Shown here: one piece after another, positions 23,331 through 36,497 of the stretch | Numbering within the stretch: the first letter of the stretch is position 1 | How the letters are laid out: every line of letters starts with the position of its first letter | Origin: Felis catus | Lineage: Eukaryota | DNA: 64,000 bases | Assembly: GCF_018350175.1 (NCBI RefSeq) | Contig: NC_058368.1 | Coordinates: 71,550,001 to 71,614,000 of the forward strand | Reading direction: 5' to 3' | Notes under the pieces: model-generated | Database searches by the model: none | The model's input: the letters and a program-made list of their open reading frames with translations, nothing else | Told to the model about the DNA's origin: nothing | Position numbers and translations under genes: made by a program

Positions 23331-25547
23331 TACACTTACTTGGTAAGCTACGTATCCTGGAATTTTTCCAAGATATATATGCCTATTTCAAGTTGTAATC
23401 TGTCTGAGTTTTGTTTGTTTTGTTTGCATGTCTTTGGTGAAGCTGTGAGTTTGTATATACCAGACAGTATCAGCACACGAAGAAACAGAAGACGTCCAAT
23501 GTTTCTCTTAACCAGAATTCCTTACTTGACTGCTTTACAGTAAGGATGAATATTTTGATACTGTTCTTAGGAATGCACAAATTACCATTTTATTCCACAG
23601 TTTTGTATTGTAATCATTGTTTACGTTTAATTTTTAAAGTGCTATTATTTTATAAGTACTATAATAGGCTGTCAAACGTATCTCACCAAGACTAATTTTT
23701 TTTTTTTTGTGAAAATAATGCACATTGTCCAAAAGCGAAAACAAGCTCAGGGTACATTGAGCAGCTTCTTCAGGGTACAGTGTGCTACTGGCACTTACCC
23801 AAGGACTCTTCAGGAACTATCAGATTGTATGTCTTTGAAGCTTAGCCAGAGATCTTAATGAAACCAAATCATGGTGAAGTTCTTAAAGCTAATTTAAATC
23901 TCAAATTGTGCATTTAAATTAAGTTTTTATTGATAATAAATATACTTTATTTCTTATTAGCCTTGAAAGCTTGAGTGATAACATCAGTAGAATAAACATG
24001 TTTTACCAAGATTTACCATTAAGAAGGCTATTAATATGACCCTTGATACACTAGCACAATTAGATTTCAAAGTAAGCGTTTACGAAGTAACAGCGATTAA
24101 TGACAACCATCGAAAACAATTTTGAACTCCATCAGTTTAACTCAGGAGGGTAAACTTAATATGATAATTCATCTAGTTGAATTGTATCAGCTTAGCAGGA
24201 AAGTATGTAAATATGTGACCCTTACCTACTTTCTAAATGGATGCTGTGCTGGTAGATTTATCAGTTCCATTAAAGAACTTTGGGGAACTTTGGAATTTCA
24301 GCGATGTTCCCTTGGAGGCTGAAAACCCAACCTGATCTCATACTGGGACCATTCTGGTCTGCATATTTCTATAATTTGCCTTTGCTACTAATATGACAGC
24401 AAGACACAAATAACTGTTTCTAATAATATCAGATGGAGTTGTGGAGGACAGCATTTTAATGTAGTAAAAGACCTCCCCGTGGGGTTGTTATTGCTACTAT
24501 AGAACAGCAGCTATGCGGTTGCAACTGTAGTCTCTTAATTGATTCGTTTAATTAGCAAGAGCTGAGGCTTAGGCTGTGTCTTGTCATCTGATATCATAGG
24601 ATCCACAGTCTGCATTATTCATATTTATAGATGTATGAACATCATCAAAAAGTTCTACTTCTGAAAACTCACATATGGATATTGAATTTTGATAGAGTAA
24701 ACTCCCATTTGTTTGAACTCCAAATAATCGGAAAATGAAAATAACTATGTTATTGTTTTTCTTAGTACTCTGGAGAAGTGAATGATGTCATACGGTTTGG
24801 GTTATTATTGTCTTCCAAAAATAAACTTCCAGGGAACTCGTTCAGTATTGTATACCTTACAAATTCGTAGGCAGTTCCTCTATTTACATCATGCCTGACT
24901 CCTCTCTAACTCCATCTGCCTTTTCTCCCTTCTGTAGCCCATCCCCTTCTCTCTACTAGTGGGGTTTCGGGAGTGAACGATGGCTTACTGGGGGGTTTTG
25001 TGTGTGCTCGTCCATGCCTGCCTCTGCCGTCACACCAAGTGCTGCTGGCTTAGGCTTTCCACTTGTGCCCACCTCCTCTTACCTGAATTGCACCCCCTGA
25101 AGTTTGCTCACCTCACCCAGCTGCGCCCCTTCCGATTTCCTTGGATGGGGGAAACTGGGGTGGAGCTGGGAAGTGTCTAGCCACAGAGACTTCACAGGGC
25201 CACTCCCGCCCCATCCAGACAGGACTCCTTCCCCACTGGGTCACGTTCTCCTTTTTCCTTATCCTTAGCCTGTCCAGCCACAGATATCAGACAGAGGCTG
25301 CAGAGCAGACATTTTATGGAGGGTTGATGAAGTCGTTCTGTTCTCTAGATGCATTTTACCATACTGTGAAAAAGTAATTCCGTAGCATTCTGTCTTGCCA
25401 TTCCCCCCATACGCAAAATCTCAGCCAAAATGTCACTAAAACAAGATTTTTTGAGATGGGCTTTCAATGCAATCTCATTCTTGAACGTTGTTTTTGTGGT
25501 AACATGCTTTCTGTGTACTATGTAACCAACCATAAATAAACCTTTGA

Positions 25548-25758
25548 GGGGCGCCTGGGTGGCCTAGTTGGTTAAGCATCCAACTTTGGCTCAGGTCATG
25601 ATCTCACGGTTTGTGGGTTCGAGCCCCGTGTTGGGCTCTGTGCTGACAGCTCAGAGCCTGGAGCCTACTTCGGATTCTGTGTCTCCCCGTCTCTCTGCCC
25701 CTGTCCTGCACGCACTCTGTCTGTCTCTCAAAAATAAATAATAACCATTAAAAAATAA
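25548..25758 (+). mobile_element. Can-SINE
   Basis: TSD aaataaacctttg/aaacaaacctttg. Confidence 0.94.
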
Positions 25759-26070
25759 AAACAAACCTTTGGGATGTAGCTAAGTTTACTTTTCTGGCCT
25801 TTTGAGATTGGCATGCTGTATATCATATGAAAGTGCAATTATTAATATCCCATGATGTGATGCCTTTTGAACAAAACTTTTAGAGAAATCATGGACTGCC
25901 TGCTGCACCATGTGCTAGGAAGTTTGCTGGATGATGTGATCTGGTTTCTGCCCTTACACTGTATATTGGCTTCAGATAAAAACAGACACACTGGTATCAT
26001 GAGTATGTGGTAAGTGCTGAGATGGGTTATGTACAGGCTGATGTGGTAGCAGAAATCACATATCTGTTAG

Positions 26071-26071
26071 C

Positions 26072-26102
<31 letters not shown>

Positions 26103-26272
26103 CTTTTCTTTTCTTTTCTTTTCTTTTCTTTTCTTTTCTTTTCTTTTCTTTTCTTTTCTCTTTTTTCTTTTCTCTCTTTTCTTTTCTTTTCTTTTCTTTT
26201 CTTTTCTTTTCTTTTCTTTTCTTTTCTTTTCTTTTCTTTTCTTTTCTTTTCTTTTCCTTTTCTTCTTTTTTC
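26071..26272 (+). repeat. (TTTTC)n pentanucleotide microsatellite
   Basis: Visible, about 200 nt. Confidence 0.97.
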
Positions 26273-26349
26273 TATACAGAAAGCGAGATGGCATGTTCAG
26301 AAGCTGTGCTCTGTGATGATAGTAGAGAAAACAAATGGTGTAAAATAAA

Positions 26350-27215
26350 TGAAGGTACAGAGGCTGAGGGTGTCCAGATGTTTAAGGAAGAGCAGGTTGG
26401 CTGGTGAGGGTGCCAGGCAGGGGGCAGAGGTCTGTATGGGAGGTGAAACTAGGCAGGAGCTTGATGATGCAGAGGCCTGCTAAGGCGGTTGGACTTTATT
26501 CTCTGGACTTCGAAGGATTTGAAAGAAGAGGTGTGGTTTGTTCTGATTTAAAATTTTTTGTTAATGTTTATTTTTGAGAGGCAGGGCCAGTGGGGGAGAG
26601 GCAGAGAGGGAGGGAGACACAGAATCCGAAGCAGGCTCCAGGCTCTGAGCTGTCAGCACAGAGCCTGATGCGGTGCTCAAACCTGCGGACCACGAGATCA
26701 TGACCTGAGCCGGAGTCAGATGCTTAACTAACTGAGCCACCCAGGTGCTCCTATTTTGTTCTGATTTTAGAGAGAACTTGGGGGAGCACATGAAGAAGAG
26801 GGTGGGTTTGAGAGCTTCCTCTGGAGGACCCAGTGTCCAGTTATGTGTATTAGACAGAGTTGAAGATGATTCTGAGGTTTCTGGATGTGAACAATGATAC
26901 AATTACCTGAGGGAGAAAAACAGGAAGAAGAGAGGAATTATATTACAGAAAAGGTGGGAGAGATAATGAATTGGATTTTTGACTGTTTTAAGTTTGAAAT
27001 GCCAGGGAAACATCTCTGATACCAGGGACATTTCTGGTCTGGAGATCAGGAAAAAGGTTAAGGGTGAGCATGTAAATTGGTGCTTGGTCAACATGCAGAG
27101 GTGAGATCTGAGGCCTCCAGTAGCTGAGATTGTCCAAGGGGACGATAGAGAAGTAGAGGAAAGGCCCAGAATGGACCCCTGGGAAATGCCCACATCTAGG
27201 GAGGAGGCTCGGAGC
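26350..27215 (-). mobile_element. L2 fragments containing a SINE
   Basis: gatgattctgaggtttctgg..gagattgtccaagggg..gggaaatgcccacat. Confidence 0.55.
26551..26751 (-). mobile_element. Can-SINE
   Basis: TSD tttgttctgattt. Confidence 0.93.
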
Positions 27216-27674
27216 CTCTCTAATATCATTGTTAAAATGACGTTATCTCTTGTCCAAATCATTTATATTATATGTGGCTATTAGAAGCCAATTTAGTGTA
27301 ACCTCAGTCATGATTTCACAGTATCCTAGCATGTCACTAATTATTTCAGAGTATCTCAAAATCCTGCTGCCATCTGTCAGAGATCCTCAAAATAAAATTA
27401 ATTTTAATGAATAACATAATGCCTTACATTTGTATGATGCTTTAGGGTTTTAGAATGCTTATTTGATTCCATTCCATTTCTGAGACAAATAAGCCATACA
27501 GCAGTTTAGACGTCGTTGTAAAAATAAGACACACAGCACTCTGAAATGTCAATTAAAAATATTTGCTATTACTGAGTTATATGTTCACAAGCAATTTCCA
27601 CAAACCACTACCAGGATATTAGTGGATATTGGGATGGGCCGGGCTCATGAGTGGAGGAATGCTGCATAAACCTT

Positions 27675-27870
27675 GATTCCCTGAGTCTGAATCCCAGATC
27701 TCCCACTGACTAGCTTTGTGAATTTGATCAAGATACTTAACCTCTCTGGTCCTCGGTATTTTTCATCAGCAGAATATCTCCTTTGTGGAACTGGTGAGGG
27801 TTGAATAAGGAAGTGTTTGTCAAATGCCCGAAAATAATGAGTGCTTGACATACAGTGGCTCAGCTATTAC
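27675..27870 (+). mobile_element. MIR
   Basis: gaatcccagatctcccactgactagctttgtg..acttaacctctctg core. Confidence 0.7.
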
Positions 27871-28291
27871 TCTAGCCCTCACCCCCAACATTTAATACAC
27901 TTTCCCTTTGCTTCATTTTGCTTTGCATTTTTTTTTTCCTTTTTCTTGCTTGCTTGGGGACATGTTCTCATCTGAATGTGTAATCTCCAGATGAGATTAT
28001 ATTTGGTGCTCAGTCCCAGAAAAATTCAGAAGAAAAATATTTCTCTTTAATTTGGAAAGTCTGGTTTTTGTTCATCTTATGGTTATGACCTCCTCTCACA
28101 GTCAATGTGTTGTCATTTAATGCCAAGTATAAAGCATGTATATGAACCTGTACCTTGTGGCAGCCAGACATTTAAGAACATCAACCTGAAGAGTAAGTAT
28201 GTTTTACCAAGAACAGTCTTGACTGGGTAAATCTTGAGTTTGCAAGACAAAATACTTCTGATACAGGGAATTTTATGATGGTGCTTATGAG

Positions 28292-28382
<91 letters not shown>

Positions 28383-28540
28383 ATGTTTGTTTATTTTGAG
28401 ATAGAGCATGGGGGAGGGGCACAGAGAGAGAGGATCCCAAGTAGGTTCCACACTGTTAGCATAGAGCCCGACTTGGGGCTCAGTCTTACAAACCATGAGA
28501 TCATGACCTGAGCGAGAAGTCAAGAGTCAGATATTCAACC
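28292..28540 (-). mobile_element. Can-SINE lacking its 5' head, with (TTTC)n tail at 28292-28381
   Basis: SINE body; flanks gagctttctttctt/gggccttctttctt. Confidence 0.9.
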
Positions 28541-28724
28541 AGGGCCTTCTTTCTTATACCAGACCCCACTTTGAAGAGATATTATTTCAGGTAGCCCCTT
28601 TAAAGCCACTGTGGCATAGTGCAATATGTTGCTGATTCCGTATTTATAAATTATTTGATTGTTGCTATTTAACTTATGTAAGAATGATTTGGAAATGACA
28701 TCTCTTTTCACGTAGATGCAAAGT

Positions 28725-28855
28725 CAGTGGTTGTCAGACTTGAGCATGTATGAGAATCACTGGGAAACCTTGCTAAAAAATGCAAATTCTCAGGCCGCTT
28801 TCTCAGCAAAGCTCTTTCTGTAGGTCTCAGGTAAGACTTAGAGATCTGCATTGAT
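28725..28855. mobile_element. MER5-like hAT fragment
   Basis: cagtggttgtcagacttgagcatgtatgagaatcactggg. Confidence 0.6.
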
Positions 28856-29200
28856 AGAAATCAGTGTAAAATACACCAGGATTAGGATTTAGAATCTATT
28901 TTGACACTTAATGGTGGAATTAGTCTCTAGTTGAGGAAATGGATACCCAACACACATTAAATTAGTGGTGTTATGAGTCAAGCATAAGAGCAGTATTCTG
29001 GATGTTTCTTATTATAATGAGAGTGTAGGATACACATTTGATAACTTGAATTGATTAGTGTATGTACTTATAACACATATATATTTTTTTAACCAGGAAG
29101 GGACAATAGGAACCACAGTATAATTAAATCTATAGTATCAACTGTATCTCTTAAGTGTTATAGCCATTAGACAGTAATCATTTTTATTTTGGGCCTAGAG

Positions 29201-29435
29201 TGGGGTTTTTCAACCTTGGCAGTAATGACATTTTGGACAAGAGAATTCTTTGTTGTAGGAGATTGTGCTGTGCTATATGGGACCTTTAGCAGCATCCCAG
29301 GTCTCTATCCACTAGATGCCACAGCACCTCCCCCAGTATCACAACCAGAATTGTGTCCAGACATTGCCATGTGGTCCTGGGGGTGAGAAGGGGGCAAAAT
29401 CTGCCCCACCCCCACCCCCCAGCTGAGAACCACTG
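29201..29435 (-). mobile_element. MER20 (hAT-Charlie)
   Basis: tcaaccttggcagtaatgacattttgg..ccactagatgcc..ccagacattgcc..gagaaccactg. Confidence 0.85.
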
Positions 29436-29658
29436 GCTTTAAACTACAAGCAACAGTTGGAGTTTCAGAGTTTTCTTTCCCCTTTCACCAATAAGTTTCA
29501 TGTTGGAGACATGAAGTCTCTAAAGCAGATGTAATACTCCTCAGTGGCCTGAAGTTTACAATCTTACATACATCTTGACCTACTCAAATGCCTTAGGCAC
29601 AGAAAATGACAACAAACTTTAGCCTCTTGTTTGATTTTTGCTTTAGTGGCATTTTTAA

Positions 29659-29868
29659 ATTTTTTTTTTCAACATTTATTTTTTATTTTTGGGACAGAGA
29701 GAGACAGAGCATGAACGGGGGAGGGGCAGAGAGAGAGGGAGACACAGAATCGGAAACAAGCTCCAGGCCATCAGCCCAGAGCCCGACACGGGGCTCGAAC
29801 TCACGGACCTTGAGATGGTGACCTGGCTGAAGTCGGACGCTCAACCGACTGCGCCACCCAGGCGCCCC
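29659..29868 (-). mobile_element. Young felid Can-SINE (SINEC_Fc1-like)
   Basis: Perfect 17-bp TSD tttagtggcatttttaa; CpG-rich. Confidence 0.96.
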
Positions 29869-31017
29869 ATTTAGTGGCATTTTTAACTGTTAGCTGTTGG
29901 AGGTGGGTATGAGGACTGCTCCTTCATAGTCTTCCTTGTATTGGATCATAATCTAGATCTAATGAGGACAACTGTTCATGAAAGCTCTCGTCTGCATAAC
30001 TGCATTCTATTTGTTTGGATCCTTTCTACCGTTTACCAAGAAGAGTTTACCAAAGATCCTCACATGCTGAGTCGACAGGGAGAGGGTACAGGTAATATTT
30101 TATCTCAGAAGCTGCTGCTCTTTGTTTGGCCTTCCATTTTGTAAAAGTCCTGTAAAACCTTCCTGGTAAGATGTGTCATATAGAGTGTGTTACAGCATCA
30201 CCTCACAGTGGGCTCTGCAAAAATTTTTTGTTGTTGTTCTTTTTGGCTAGCATATAATTGCATAGCTCTTTAATGTTTTGTTGTACTTGCCCCCACGTGT
30301 GGGCGGTATATGGGCATGGTGCCCAGCAGGACATGTGAGAGGCAAATAGTATAGTCAGTATCTCAGGTATGTGTTTCTGAGAGGGGGCTTTCCCAAGCTG
30401 GCACGGGTGTGTGTATGGATGTAAATTCTCAAGCTTGTGGGGGACAGCTAAGGTAATTGCTAAGGTATCAGTGTCAATTACCCTAGGTAATTACCGTGAG
30501 GTCAGGGGACACGGGAAACTGTGAAGTGCCCTTGTTTGAAATAGAACCCCTGCCTCATTGAAGCACAGGGAAATGATTAGTTGCCTAGGTTTTAACAGTC
30601 ACCCTGAATGTACACCGTGTCCCAGACCTCACCCAACCCTTTCCTGTCTCCGTTGCTCATGAAACTAGACCAAGGAGACAGTGCTCCTTGAATGCCTACA
30701 GTGTGCCCAATGCTGTACATTTGTCACCTCAGTTCCCACAACTGTTTGAAATCATCAGCAGAAACCCCTTTTGACAGGTGAGGTCATATCCACTGAGCCA
30801 TCCAGGTGCCCCAACCCTCCTTTTAAGTGTTTGAACTTAGGGACCAGCCACTTAATGGGATAGAGTGTAAAAGCTTCAGGCTCCTCTGCTTCCTCATAAG
30901 TTACTTTGTATTCAGGGAAGGAATGTTCTTTTTACAAAAGGTAGTATTTATCCAAGTAATCATTCCAGATTTTAAAAATAGATTAAAATTTCAGTTTCAT
31001 TTAAAGTCTTTTTTCTT

Positions 31018-31217
31018 GGGATGCCTATTGGTTAAGCATCCATATCTTGATTTTGGCTCAGGTCATGATCTCATAGTTGTAGGTTTGGGCCCTGAATCAG
31101 GTTCTGCTCTGGGAGTGCGGAAACTGCGTGAGATTCTCTATCTCCCTAATGCCCCTACCCTGCTTGCGCTTGCTCACTCAGTCTCTCTCAAAATACATCA
31201 ATAGACTTAAAAAAAAA
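31018..31217 (+). mobile_element. Diverged Can-SINE
   Basis: ggttaagcatcc..ggctcaggtcatgatctc; A tail. Confidence 0.85.
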
Positions 31218-31460
31218 TCTTTCAATTTGAAGGTGAGAAAAACTTTAGATGATATTGAAGGTAATTAGATTGTGGAATACATGTTAAAGTGTGTGGTAAA
31301 AAATTAATTGTCCTTATTTGAGTATTTAACCCTTCTTTTTCTACCTCCCACTGCTTTGTTCAACCAAACTATGAGCCCCCTCAAAGGATTTTAGGAATAA
31401 CATGGGTACTTTTTGAAATACAGGTGCCTGGCAGTATTTCACAGTATTGCAAGTCTAGAC

Positions 31461-31691
31461 TGGCAGTTCTGAGCCCTGGGCCATTTTGCTTCTGACAGGA
31501 CACTTGGCAATGTCTGGAGACATTTTGGTTATTGCAAGTGGTGGGCTGCTACTGGAATCTAGTGGGTAGATTTCCTAAAAGTTATTGGAGGCATCACCAG
31601 GGACATTTCTAAATATCCTACAGTAAACAAGACAGCTCCTGTAAAGGAATTATCCAACCTGAAATATCAGCAGTGTCGAGGTTGAGCTGGA
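31461..31691 (+). mobile_element. MER20 (hAT-Charlie)
   Basis: ttggcaatgtctggagacattttgg..ctagtgggtaga; perfect 8-bp TSD gtctagac. Confidence 0.82.
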
Positions 31692-32503
31692 GTCTAGACA
31701 ATAACTATGGAACAGCATGTAATTACCTGTGACCGTCTCTCCAACTGTCCTCAAAGCTCTCTACTGTTCTGCAGACTTAAGTGTCCCCTGGACAGGTAGT
31801 CTGCAGCTGCCCCATCTTTTCAGTCTTATTTGTGAATCGATGGACTTGCTGACATCTTGATCGTATTAGCAAAGAACTGGGCCCCAGACACATACATGTC
31901 ACATGTATTGTTTTGCTATTTTGTCCTAATTTGATGATCCTCTCTGCATTTTGTGTCTTCACAGACTTTTGACCAACATGTCATTCCTCTAAATGAAGTT
32001 TTCTCTTAACCAGTGTCTGCAGTTATGATCCAAAGGACTTTGATATTGTTTTTTATATTGATTGTATTTAAATTTCATTTAAAAAAAAACCCAAACATCT
32101 TACATCTCAGGCTTGCCCATCAGTAGAGTTTTCTTGTTGAATCAGCTCTGTTAATGCCACAGCTGCTCAGAGTAAAAGATCAATTAGATGTTGTGGTATC
32201 AGTTTATCAATTTGTTGAAAATAAACCTATATAAATACATGCTGTGTGCTCCATGTGTGCACACAGCGTGTCTGAGCTTTCCACAAAGCCTGTATCTTCC
32301 CAACGGCGGCTCTTGTGGTTTGAAGGCAGGGTTGTGAGCGGGTGAGAGTGGGGCCCGGGTAGGAGCTTCCTGACCTCACACTTCGGCGCCCCTACACCTT
32401 GTGGCCTGCATTCTAGCCTTTGGTGGTTCTGCAGATTTGGTATTTACTTTGCGGGGTGTTCTGAAATGTACCTACAGGTTTTTAATTTATGGAGGTAATT
32501 GAG

Positions 32504-32977
32504 TGTTGCTGCAGAGGTTAATGCCATTGAAAGAATTTCTTAACATTTTCCATGAGAAGGGAGTGCCCCACACCACACGGGGCCACTGCAGAAGCACCAG
32601 GGGTTGTCAGGAGGCAAAAAGGAGCCAAGGGGGAAACATGGACAGGAGGAGCCTTTATTGGGGTTTGCACAGGAAAGGCAAGGTAGGGCAGTCTAAGTGA
32701 CTTAGGACTGCTAGTTGGCTTTTCATTGGGCTTTGGACTTTAACAAGTGGTCTCTGGTTGTCTGATACCTGGCCCTGGGATGATTTAGGGCATGGGAAAT
32801 AATGGCTTGGGTGAGTGTAGTTAGCTTGCATAGGAAAGGCATGTTCCCAGGTAAGTTCCTCCCTATCTTCAGGAGTTAGCCAGCCCTGGGAAGGGCAGTC
32901 ACTCCCCAGGTCTGTAGGGTCTCAAAGATATCAAAACAGTATAAGAAGTAGGAGGGAAAACCCTCACGATTAATACA
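32504..32977 (-). mobile_element. ERVL-type solo LTR (MER76/MER74-like, family uncertain)
   Basis: TG..CA termini, minus-strand AATAAA, LTR-like texture. Confidence 0.45.
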
Positions 32978-33235
32978 CATAGAACCCAGAAATAATCACA
33001 TCCAACGGAACTCACAGTAACTAAACCACAGTATGTGGTTATTAATTTGAGGTGAGGAATATTTCTTCCTGTGACCAAATCTTTAAATCTGTTCTTCAGA
33101 ACACCAGGTGAATGATGGTATCAGAATAATTAGGAAGGCTGGTTAGGCAGATTATTTCAAAACTAATGTGGGTTGTCAGAGCAGAGAGAGACCTAGTGTA
33201 CTTATGCTATGCTGAAATCTCACAGAATCACTTCT

Positions 33236-33245
33236 TTTTTTCTAT

Positions 33246-33316
<71 letters not shown>

Positions 33317-33509
33317 TTTTGAGATAGAGCAAGCGCGAGGGAGCACAAACAGGGGAGGGGCAGAGGGAGAGGGAGACATAATCCCAAAGCAGACCCCACA
33401 CTGTCAGAACAGAGACCGATGAGGCACTTGAACCCACAAACTGTGAGATCATGACCTGAACCGAAACCAAGAGTCGGACACTTAACCGACTGAGCCCCAG
33501 AGGCACCTC
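33236..33509 (-). mobile_element. Can-SINE with (TTTA)n tail at 33243-33318
   Basis: TSD acagaatcacttct/acagaatcgcttct. Confidence 0.94.
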
Positions 33510-34859
33510 TGACAGAATCGCTTCTGACTTGCAGCAGGAACACCCTTTAATGCCCACCTCATCTTCTCTGGGCCTCAGAGAACATGCTCTTCATGTTCCC
33601 ACGTGGCTCTTGCAGGTGACCAACCTGCAGCTACTGAAACTATTGTCATGGAGCCAGGCTGTGGAATGATAGTCCTGCTTCCTTAGGGCGACACACAGAG
33701 AACTTTGGTTGGAATTTTGAGTGCCCCCAAATTCTTTGGTGATGCACTTTCACCAACAGTTAGTTTTAGCACTTATGTGTGGAGTTTCACACAGGCAGCT
33801 CTCGGAAGTTCCTAAGAATTTTCCATTTCTTAGGTATCCCCCCACCCGGCCCCCATAGTACATACACTCAGAAAAAATAGTTCATGGAAAGAGCCCTGAA
33901 AGATCTCATTTTAGCCCCATAAATGCTTTAAACTGATTGTGTGACCTTCCCAAACCTCTGTTTTCTTTGTTGTAAAATGAAAGGTTGGAGTTCGTGACCC
34001 CTGAGGTCTTCCCCAGCACCAGCCTGCCCTGAGAATGATTATGTTTGTCACAATATGGGGTTTGCTTTGCTATGGTAGCAAAACATCACACATGCAACTT
34101 ATTATCATCGTCTTTTGATTTTCTTGGGTTTCTCAGTCTCTTCTGGGGGAGACATCGCTGGCTTATCACACAATGATACTGTGTCCTGTCACTTAATTTG
34201 GGGGGACAGCACATTGTGCTGGCACAGGCTCAGTGCTAATAATCAAGATTATATGTTCTGCTTACTGTGACTTTTTTGTGGTTTCTGGGGAAAAATGCAG
34301 ATGCTTTTCAATTATTCTAAGGGAATTTTGATTAACCCCCTGGGTAGACTTCTCTGTACCACCTGCCACGGAGAAGCAAGTTTTATTGAACAGAAGGTAT
34401 AGAATTGAATTGCTCATATTTGTTTTCTTTCTGGTGCCTATAGCATTATTTCAAACTAAAGCATTTTAATAAATATTTAATAAATATCTGTCTAAAATAG
34501 GTTGAAACTGTTAGAAACGAAACCTCTTTTGTTCTTCAACTTCAAATGCAAATAAGCTAATTTGACTTTTAAGTGGAATCTTCAAATTAAAGACTCACAT
34601 CTTCCTTTTATGATGTAAAAAGTAGTTATTTTTGACTGGTATAGTCAGTGTCCTGCTTACAACATAATTCCAAGTATCAGCCCTTGGAAGCAATCTGTTT
34701 AATAGGTTTATTGCAATGTTGCTATTTTTGTTTTTCTTGTAGTATTTTGCGTGTTCACTACTTGTCTCTCTTGTATTGCTGTTTTTAACTTTTGCCTGTG
34801 GCCAGGAGATGCCAAGTTCTTGATTTATAGAGCATTTTCAAATGGCTGACTATAAGGCC

Positions 34860-35780
34860 TTTTTAAACAAAGTTTTGTTGAAGGGGGCCTGGCTGGCTCA
34901 GTCGGTGAGCGTGCAACTCTCAATCTCGGGGTTGTGAGTTTGAGCCCAATGGTGGGGGTAGAGTTTACTTAATAAAAAAAGTTTTATTGAAATGTAATTC
35001 ACATTCCACACAAGTCACCCATTTAAAGCGTACAGTTCAGTGGTTTTTCGTCTGTTCACAGGGCTGTGCATCCTCTAGTCCGTTTGAGAGCATTTTCATC
35101 ACCCCAAAAAGAAGCTCTTTCCCCATTAGCAGTTAACCCCCATTCTCCTTCAGCCCTGCCAGCCCCTGGCAGCCACTAATCTTCCTATTTGTGTATGTTT
35201 GCTTATTCTGGACGTTGCATATAAACAAAACATATAGTATGTGATCTTTTGTGAGTGGCTTCTTTCACTTGGCATCAAGTTTTCAGAGGGTTCATCTCTG
35301 TTGTACCATCAGTAGTTCATTCGCTTTTTGCCGAATAATTTTCCAGTGGACGGATACACTACAGTTTATCCGTTCCTCAGGATGGATGTTGTGTTGTTTC
35401 TTTTTAGCTCCTATAAATAATGCTGCTGTGAACATTCCTGTTTTTGTGTGGATATATGTCTTCATTTTTCTTGAGTGTGTATCTACAAGAGAGGTTTCTG
35501 AGTCATATGGCAACTCTATGTTTAACTTTTTGAGGAATTGCCAGGATGTTTTCCAAAGCACCTGCACCATCTTATATTCCCACCAGCAATATGTGAGTCA
35601 TTTATTTTCCCCACATCCTTGCCAGCATGTCATTATCTTTTTGTTATTGAAGTGTAATTGACATACAGCATTGTTAGTTTCAGGTACTCATTATTTGTAC
35701 GCACTGTGACATGATCACCACAATAGGTCTAGTTCATATCCGATGTCTGTCTTTATTTCTAGACACCTAGCGGGTGTAAA
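34860..35780 (-). mobile_element. L1MB-like LINE-1 3' end, with a short carnivore L1 piece at about 35640-35735
   Basis: cattttcatcaccccaaaaagaa..atggcaactctatgtttaactttttgaggaattgcc. Confidence 0.88.
34883..34978 (+). mobile_element. Short old Can-SINE
   Basis: TSD aaagttttgttgaa/aaagttttattgaa. Confidence 0.88.
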
Positions 35781-36497
35781 GATAGGACTCGTTTTCAAAT
35801 ACTCTGTGTAGGATTCCTTCTTTTCACTACAAAAGCAGAAAAAACCCAAACAGTGTATTAGTTGTGTCTTGTTTTGTTTTGTTTAAAAACAAACTTAACC
35901 CTAATGAAACAACAAAGCACATTGATTTTAATTATTGTATATTTTCTATTGCACTGTTGTCTCTTTCTTCTGCATGTAGAATGTTTTTGATATTAAAGCA
36001 AGCAAATCCTTTCATTTCCCTAGGGTTTTTTTTTTTTTTATGGTAGCACATACTGTGCAGGAAGGTCATTATATAGAGAGGAAGAAAGAGTAATCAGCAT
36101 TGAAGAGAAAGTTAATGCTGCTTGTGTAATTTTTTAATAGGTATCTTGTAACATTTTGAGATATAAGCCAACTGATATTTTTTGCACATTACTGGGCAGT
36201 TTCTTCTTGTTGCCTGTGAATTGATATTTTGCTTTGGAAACTAAGATAGTGGGAAAATATCAAGCTTCAAATACTTGATTCCTTAGTCATTTAGGTAGTA
36301 ATTCTCTTCTGTAGACCACCTACATGTGTTTGTAAGGGATATAATAACTGACACTGTATTTAATTAGTGCTAATACTGTGCAGAAGGAAAAACATATTAA
36401 GTATCTTTACGAGTCACTAGTTCAAAGTTAGCAGATGCCAGGAAGAAAAAGTCCTTGTCTATGCACCACTGTTATTTTGCATAACTGTGGAAGTTTG

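Noticed and set aside
32840..32858. Perfect donor CAG|GTAAGT as a recursive splice site (also CAG|GTAAGA near 28830)
   Set aside because: Inside repeat fossils with no adequate polypyrimidine tract or partner acceptor
35251..35661. 136-aa and 92-aa ORFs
   Set aside because: Decayed L1 ORF2 end and its antisense reading
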